Below, one piece after another: positions 58,539 to 64,000 of a DNA stretch of 64,000 bases. Under the pieces are notes generated by a model, which saw only the letters and a program-made list of their open reading frames with translations, did no database searches and was not told where the DNA came from. The position numbers and the translations under genes are program-made. Each line of letters starts with the position of its first letter. Within the stretch, counting starts at the first letter, position 1. Source of the DNA: a bacterium HR21. Lineage in GTDB: Bacteria; Bacteroidota; Ignavibacteria; Kapaibacteriales; HRBIN21. The stretch lies in assembly GCA_002898295.1 (NCBI GenBank), contig BEHX01000008.1, positions 4,506 through 68,505 of the forward strand. Reading direction: 5' to 3'.

Positions 58539-59237
58539 ATGCACCGCAGCTTTGAAGAAGACCTGGATAAGCTTCGCACACGCCTCATCCGCATGGGCAG
58601 CATTGTCGAGGAGCAGGTTGAGTTCGCCTTCCGTGCTCTGCTGGAAGAGAATGCCCCGCTGGCCCAGTTGGTCATCGAGCGGGATGAGAAAGTCGACGCC
58701 CTCGACCTCAAAATTGATGCCCAGTGCCAGCGCATCTTCGCACTCTACCAGCCCGTAGCAAGCGATTTGCGCCTCCTGCTCGCAGCGCTGAAGATCAACA
58801 ATGAGCTAGAACGCATCGGCGATATGGCGCTCGACATTGCCCGCATCGCCCTCGAGGTGCCCGAGGTGCACCAGCTGGCTCGCAACGTCGGACTGGAGCG
58901 CATGACGAAAGCCGTCTTCACGATGGTCAAGCACAGCTTGGATTCCTTCATCGGCGCCGACGTGGATCTAGCCAAACACCTGGTGAGCCTGGATGCGACC
59001 GTGGACTCCCTCGAACGGGAAATCTTCGACCACGTGATTGGGTTCATGCAGCAGCAGTCCCGCTGGATTCTCCCCGGAGCAAAGCTCGTTGTGGTTCTCC
59101 GAGCGCTGGAGCGGATGGCAGACCACGCCACCAACATCGCCGAAAACGTCATCTTCCTGACCGAAGCCCGTCTGGTCCGCCACCGGCAATTGGAAGAGTA
59201 TCCGAAACCCGAACAGCAGACACCGCCGATCTCATGA
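58539..59237 (+). CDS. phoU: Phosphate signalling protein PhoU
   Basis: QPVASDLR, ELERIGD, LERMADHATNIAE. Confidence 0.95.
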   Translation: MHRSFEEDLDKLRTRLIRMGSIVEEQVEFAFRALLEENAPLAQLVIERDEKVDALDLKIDAQCQRIFALYQPVASDLRLLLAALKINNELERIGDMALDIARIALEVPEVHQLARNVGLERMTKAVFTMVKHSLDSFIGADVDLAKHLVSLDATVDSLEREIFDHVIGFMQQQSRWILPGAKLVVVLRALERMADHATNIAENVIFLTEARLVRHRQLEEYPKPEQQTPPIS

Positions 59238-60187
59238 CAGAGAACCCGATCGCACCGCCAGACCATCCCCTGCCCCAGCCCTCGGAAGCAGCCGTCCAGA
59301 CACGGGCAGGATACGTTGCCATCATCGGCAAGCCGAACGTCGGGAAATCCACGCTGCTCAACACAATCCTAGGGACTAAGCTCTCTATCGTTACCCCGAA
59401 GCCCCAGACGACCCGCAAACGCGTCGTTGGCATCTACACCGACGAGCGGATGCAGATCCTCTTCCTGGATACCCCCGGGATTCTCGAGCCGCGCTACGAG
59501 CTCCACCGCGCCATGATGGGCTATGTGCACGACTCCCTCAAAGATGCCGATCTCATCGTGCTGGTGGTGGATGTCACGCAGCATACCGACCCCGACTCCG
59601 CCCTGACCCCCGACGTTGCCGAAGCTCTCCAACGGCTGCGGAAACCCACCATCGTGGCATTCAACAAGATTGACCTGCTCAGCAATACTGCCGAAGTCTT
59701 GCCCCTCATCGAGCGCTACGCTGCCGCGGGGCTATTCCAGGAGTTTGTGCCGCTCTCTGCTCTCAAGCACGCCAACGTGGATGAGCTCCTGCGGACAATC
59801 GAGCGCTATCTCCCTGTTTCCCCCTTCCTCTACGACCCCGGGCTTTTGAGCACGCAGCCAGAGCGGTTCTTCGTTGCCGAGCTTATCCGCGAGCATATTT
59901 TCCTGCTCTACCGCCACGAGGTGCCCTACTCAACCGAGGTCCAGATCGTGGAGTTCAAAGAGCGGCAACGGGGCAAATGGTACATTGCCGCCGACATCAT
60001 CGTCGAGCGTGAGTCGCAGAAGCTCATCCTCATTGGCTCCGGCGGACAACGGCTCAAGATGCTCGGACAGCGCGCCCGGCGTGCTATTGAAGCATACTTG
60101 GGCGTCCCCGTCTACTTGGAGCTCTTCGTCAAAGTCCGGGGGCGGTGGCGGAACAACAAAACGATGCTCCATTCTTTCGGCTACTGA
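59234..60187 (+). CDS. era: GTPase Era
   Basis: GKPNVGKST, KPQTTR, DTPG, NKID, EVPYS, KH domain VYLELFVKV. Confidence 0.96.
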   Translation: MTENPIAPPDHPLPQPSEAAVQTRAGYVAIIGKPNVGKSTLLNTILGTKLSIVTPKPQTTRKRVVGIYTDERMQILFLDTPGILEPRYELHRAMMGYVHDSLKDADLIVLVVDVTQHTDPDSALTPDVAEALQRLRKPTIVAFNKIDLLSNTAEVLPLIERYAAAGLFQEFVPLSALKHANVDELLRTIERYLPVSPFLYDPGLLSTQPERFFVAELIREHIFLLYRHEVPYSTEVQIVEFKERQRGKWYIAADIIVERESQKLILIGSGGQRLKMLGQRARRAIEAYLGVPVYLELFVKVRGRWRNNKTMLHSFGY

Positions 60188-60193
60188 GAGGTC

Positions 60194-61270
60194 ATGGGCT
60201 GGCAAGCGGCAGAGATCTTGCTGCTGCAGTCGGTTCCTGGTCTTTCGGCACGGACGGTGCTGCAGCTCGTGCAGCGCTATCCCGCTTTCGAGCACTTCCA
60301 GAGCGCGCTGGCTGCCGGTGCTCTACGCCAATTGGGCTTGTTTACTGATTCGGTGCTCGACCAGGCGCGCTCGCGCGCACGGGACATTCTCCAGCGCTGC
60401 CAGCAGCTGGGCATCCGCATTGTGACGGTTGCCGATGCAGACTACCCCCATCTCCTGCGTCACATCCCGTATCCACCCGTCGTCCTCTACGTCCGCGGGC
60501 AGCTCCAGTCTGAAAACGTCCCTGTCATCAGCATTGTGGGCACACGGCGCTGCACGCTCTACGGTCGGCTCTGCGCGGAACGCTTCAGTGAAGCCTGTGT
60601 CCGCGCCGGGGCTGTCGTCTGCAGTGGTCTGGCACAGGGAATTGACACAATTGCCCACCAGACGGCGCTGCGAGCCCATGGGATAACCTACGCCGTTGTT
60701 GCCTCTGGGTTGGATCGGATTCAGCCGGTGTCGGCTGCTCGACTGGCAGAACAGATCCTCGAGTATGGTGGAGCAGTCCTGAGCGAGTATCCCCCGGGGA
60801 CGCGAGCACTGCCAGCATACTTCCCGCAGCGGAACCGCATCATCAGCGGACTGGCTCGCGCGGTGCTGGTCGTCGAAAGCGGCATCCCCGGCGGTGCGCT
60901 GCTCACTGCCCACTTCGCCTTCGACCAAGGGCGGGACGTCTACGCCATTCCGGGCAATATCACCTCCGAGAAGAGTGCCGGCACAAACATGCTCATCCGC
61001 CGCCAGATCGCTACACCAGCCCTTTCACCGGAAGACTTCCTGGCTGACCTTGGGCTTACCACATTGGCACCTGCCGCTCCAGCCCCCACCTTCCATTCCC
61101 CGGCAGAAGAACGCCTCTACGCCCTCCTCGGCAGCGAGCCTCTCCACATTGATGTTCTCTCCGACCGCGCCGGACTGCCAGTCCACGAAGCCCTGGCACA
61201 CTTGCTAGAGCTGGAATTCCGAGGACTTGTCCGCCAACTCCCGGGCAAGTACTTCATCCGCTCAGCCTGA
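60194..61270 (+). CDS. dprA: DNA-processing protein DprA
   Basis: YPHLLR..PPVVLY, IVGTR, SGLAQGID, SEYPPG, FPQRNRIISGL, C-terminal wHTH LLELEFRGLV. Confidence 0.95.
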   Translation: MGWQAAEILLLQSVPGLSARTVLQLVQRYPAFEHFQSALAAGALRQLGLFTDSVLDQARSRARDILQRCQQLGIRIVTVADADYPHLLRHIPYPPVVLYVRGQLQSENVPVISIVGTRRCTLYGRLCAERFSEACVRAGAVVCSGLAQGIDTIAHQTALRAHGITYAVVASGLDRIQPVSAARLAEQILEYGGAVLSEYPPGTRALPAYFPQRNRIISGLARAVLVVESGIPGGALLTAHFAFDQGRDVYAIPGNITSEKSAGTNMLIRRQIATPALSPEDFLADLGLTTLAPAAPAPTFHSPAEERLYALLGSEPLHIDVLSDRAGLPVHEALAHLLELEFRGLVRQLPGKYFIRSA

Positions 61271-61309
61271 GTGGTTACCAGTGTCATCGGCTCTCCCCAC
61301 GCCTGCTTC

Positions 61310-61317
61310 TATTTTTG
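61310..61317 (+). promoter_or_regulatory. TAnnTTTG promoter element TATTTTTG
   Basis: Consensus match upstream of tnaA. Confidence 0.5.
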
Positions 61318-61350
61318 CCCTCGGTGCCGTATCGCAGCTCTACCGACGCC

Positions 61351-62721
61351 ATGCCTGTTCTCTTCGAACCCTTCCGCATCAAGGTCGTTGAGCCCCTCCG
61401 GATGACCACGCGGGGAGAGCGCGAACGCCTCCTCCAGGAAGCCCGCTACAACGTCTTCCGTCTCCGCTCTGAGGATGTGCTGATTGACCTCTTGACCGAC
61501 TCGGGCACCGCCGCGATGAGCACCCGCCAATGGGCTGCCATGTTCCAAGGAGATGAAGCCTATGCTGGAGCCCGCAGCTACTTCCGCTTCGAGGAGGTGG
61601 TCCACTCCCTGACCGGCATGCCGTACATCTTCCCGGTTCACCAAGGCAGGGCAGCCGAGCACATCCTCTTCACTCTCTTGGGCGGGCACGGAAAAATTAT
61701 CCCGAGCAACACGCACTTCGATACCACGCGAGCCAACATCGAGTACACCGGCGCCGAAGCTGTTGACCTCCCTATCCCCGAAGCCCTCGATCCGGAGACA
61801 CCGCACCCGTTCAAGGGGAACATGGATGTGGAGCGGCTCGAAGAGCTCATCCAGCGGCACGGTCCGGAGCGTATCCCTGTCTGCCTGCTCACCGTAACCA
61901 GCAATACTATCGGCGGGCAGCCTGTCTCGCTGGAAAACGTCCGGGCGGTCAAACAAGTACTGGAACGCTACGGCATTCCGCTGTTCCTTGACGCCTGCCG
62001 AGTAGCGGAGAATGCGTACTTCATCAAACTCCGGGAACCCGGCTACGCGGAGCGCTCTCCGTGGGAAATCGCACAGGAACTGTTCTCCTACGCCGATGGC
62101 TGCTTCATGAGTGCGAAAAAAGACGGGCTTGCCAACATTGGCGGCTTTTTGGCGCTCCGGGATGCCGAACTTGCAGAGCGGGTTGGTCACCTGCTCATCC
62201 TCTGGGAAGGCTTCCCAACCTATGGCGGGCTTGCCGGACGCGACCTAGAAGCCATCGCCGAAGGGCTCCAGGAAGCTTTCCAGGAGGAGTACCTGCAGTA
62301 CCGTGTGGGCTTCGTCAGCCGCGTCGTGGAATGGCTCACCGAGGCTGGGATTCCCCTGGTCAAGCCCGCTGGCGGACATGCTGTCTTCGTCGATGCTCGG
62401 CGCTTTGCCCCCCACATCCCGCCGGAGCACTTCCCCGGACAAGCCATTGTCTGCGCTCTCTACCTCCACGCCGGGGTGCGCGCCGTCGAGGTCGGCTCCC
62501 TCATGATGGGCAAGCGTGCTGCCGATGGACGCCATCTGGCACCACCGCTGGAACTGGTACGCCTGGCCATCCCACGACGGGTGTATACCGAAAGCCACCT
62601 GCGCTACGTTGCCGATGCACTCGCCGACATCTATGCCCGACGCCACGAGCTGCGTGGGCTCCGGCTCCTGCGTGAAGCCCCCTTTCTACGCCACTTCACA
62701 GCGGAGCTTGAGCCACTGTGA
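61351..62721 (+). CDS. tnaA: Tryptophanase
   Basis: EPFRIK, DLLTDSGT, HQGRAAE, FDTT, SAKKDG (PLP Lys), RLAIPRRVYT, LRHFTA (His as in TnaA; TPL has Phe). Confidence 0.88.
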   Translation: MPVLFEPFRIKVVEPLRMTTRGERERLLQEARYNVFRLRSEDVLIDLLTDSGTAAMSTRQWAAMFQGDEAYAGARSYFRFEEVVHSLTGMPYIFPVHQGRAAEHILFTLLGGHGKIIPSNTHFDTTRANIEYTGAEAVDLPIPEALDPETPHPFKGNMDVERLEELIQRHGPERIPVCLLTVTSNTIGGQPVSLENVRAVKQVLERYGIPLFLDACRVAENAYFIKLREPGYAERSPWEIAQELFSYADGCFMSAKKDGLANIGGFLALRDAELAERVGHLLILWEGFPTYGGLAGRDLEAIAEGLQEAFQEEYLQYRVGFVSRVVEWLTEAGIPLVKPAGGHAVFVDARRFAPHIPPEHFPGQAIVCALYLHAGVRAVEVGSLMMGKRAADGRHLAPPLELVRLAIPRRVYTESHLRYVADALADIYARRHELRGLRLLREAPFLRHFTAELEPL

Positions 62722-63535
62722 CCTCTGCTTCCAGGCGCCGAGCCAGCTCCAAGACCCGACGCACGTACGCACGCGTCTGGGCAAAAGGCGGAATATCCCC
62801 GTAGCGCTCCACTCGCCCCGGTCCGGCATTGTACGCTGCCAGAGCCAGGGGAAGAGTTCCAAAGCGCCGGAGCATCTGGTGCAGATAGCGGCTCCCGGCG
62901 TGGAGATTTTCACGCGGGTCGAAGGGATTGGCAACGCCCAGCTCGCGCGCCGTCTGTGGCATCAGCTGCATCAGCCCCTGTGCTCCTGCAGGGGACACTG
63001 CGTCGGGTCTCCCTGCTGATTCTACCCACACCACTGCAGCAATCAGATGGGGGGAGAGGTCCGTGACCGCGGCTGCTTCCTCAATCCAGTGCCAGTACGG
63101 GCGCAGTGCTGAGCGGACGTGCTCGGCAGCGGTCGCCGGCGGGGCTCCAGGCTTGGTCTCCGGCGGCTCTGGACTCTGGCTCGGGACGGATGGAGCAGGA
63201 GCACGCCCGGGTCCTCCAGTGCTCCGCAGCGGGAGCTCCTCGCCGGTCCAGAGGCGATATAGCCAGCGAGCAAGTCCGATGCCCTGTCCACTGTGGGCAA
63301 GAAATTCCGCAAGCGACAGCAGTCCCAACTCCTCAAACCCGCCTGCCCCGACCCCCACGAGCGGGTCGTCTTCGTGATCGTCCTCTCGGGTAAAGAGCGG
63401 CTGCTGGAGCGGCTGCAGCAGCTGCCGGAGGAGCAGGGTCTCGAAGCCCCGCGCCACAAATGCCAGGCGCTCCCGCTGTTCGGTCGGCAGCGGAGCTGCC
63501 CGGGTGACTGCATCCGTTCGGAGAGATTCTGCCAT
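62696..63535 (-). CDS. flgJ: FlgJ-like rod-binding domain fused to SLT (GH23) lytic transglycosylase
   Basis: N-term ARGFETLLLRQLL...LAEFLA..GIGLARWLY; C-term VES...GAQGLMQLMP...ALAAYNAG; immediately downstream of flgI. Confidence 0.7.
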   Translation of the reverse strand: MAESLRTDAVTRAAPLPTEQRERLAFVARGFETLLLRQLLQPLQQPLFTREDDHEDDPLVGVGAGGFEELGLLSLAEFLAHSGQGIGLARWLYRLWTGEELPLRSTGGPGRAPAPSVPSQSPEPPETKPGAPPATAAEHVRSALRPYWHWIEEAAAVTDLSPHLIAAVVWVESAGRPDAVSPAGAQGLMQLMPQTARELGVANPFDPRENLHAGSRYLHQMLRRFGTLPLALAAYNAGPGRVERYGDIPPFAQTRAYVRRVLELARRLEAEVTVAQAPL

Positions 63536-63537
63536 TG

Positions 63538-64000
63538 TTACTGCACAATCAGCTCACCCTGAAGCGCCCCGGCTTCCTTCAGTGCCTGCAAAATGGCAAT
63601 GAGGTCGCGCGGGCTTACCCCCAAAGCATTGAGGGCATTTGCCACATCTTGCACTGTTGCCGCTGCCGGGAGTGCAACAGCCTTCCGCTGTTCTTGCTGG
63701 AGGCTGATTGTGGCAACCTCGGCTACCTCTGTCCGCCCGAGCGTGAAGGGCTGGGGCTGGCTGATGAGCACATGCCGTTGAATCTGTACCTCTAGCCCGC
63801 CGTGCGCCACAACCGCCGGCAGCAGCTCTACATTGCCTCCAACAACAACGGTGCCAGTCCGCTCGTTGATCACCACACGGGCGGGTGGATCCACCGCCAC
63901 ATCGAGTTGCTCAATCTGAGCAATCAACCGCATGAGCTCATCCCGCGTCTGTCCGGCAGGGAGCTGCACAGCAACCGTTGCCGCATCCACCACCGAAACC
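63538..64000 (-). CDS. flgI: Flagellar P-ring protein (5' part outside window)
   Basis: ARVVINERTGTVVVG, SQPQPF, LNALGVSPRDLIAILQALKEAGALQGEL. Confidence 0.95.
   Translation of the reverse strand, partial: VSVVDAATVAVQLPAGQTRDELMRLIAQIEQLDVAVDPPARVVINERTGTVVVGGNVELLPAVVAHGGLEVQIQRHVLISQPQPFTLGRTEVAEVATISLQQEQRKAVALPAAATVQDVANALNALGVSPRDLIAILQALKEAGALQGELIVQ

Noticed and set aside
61271-61350. tnaC leader peptide / tyrosine phenol-lyase assignment
   Set aside because: Leader is too short with no Trp-containing uORF; LRHFTA and SAKKD favour tryptophanase
1-64000. CRISPR array, IS element, defence or toxin-antitoxin system
   Set aside because: No regularly spaced direct repeats, transposase or nuclease motifs recognised; mazG is the ordinary two-domain housekeeping form

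Overview
Gene-dense, GC-rich (roughly 60-65% by eye) bacterial chromosome segment made almost entirely of housekeeping and envelope genes. I found about 56 CDS and 3 tRNAs (Ser-TGA, Lys-TTT, Ser-GGA), and no CRISPR array, IS, integrase or prophage. Contents: envelope genes (flippase, GT9, two MsbA-like ABC exporters, TamB, BamD, LolA, RlpA, MltG, MurC, NagZ-type GH3, LCP, several beta-barrels), metabolism (PNP, DapB, LysC, IDH, FbaB, DeoC, LtaE, tryptophanase, prenyl synthase), a pstSCAB-phoU-era-dprA run, and the distal end of a flagellar operon (flgI, flgJ-like). A T9SS C-terminal-domain cargo protein, Omp28, a bacilliredoxin, Bacteroidota-type TAnnTTTG promoter boxes and flagellar genes together suggest a flagellated FCB-group lineage such as Kapabacteria/Ignavibacteria relatives (inference). 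No large, clearly novel multi-gene system is evident. The best leads are a 76-aa tandem double zinc-ribbon microprotein, an M1 aminopeptidase fused to an Omp85-like barrel, an FlgJ rod-binding domain fused to an SLT lytic transglycosylase, and a recurring promoter motif implying very short leaders. All product calls come from motif recognition without database searches.
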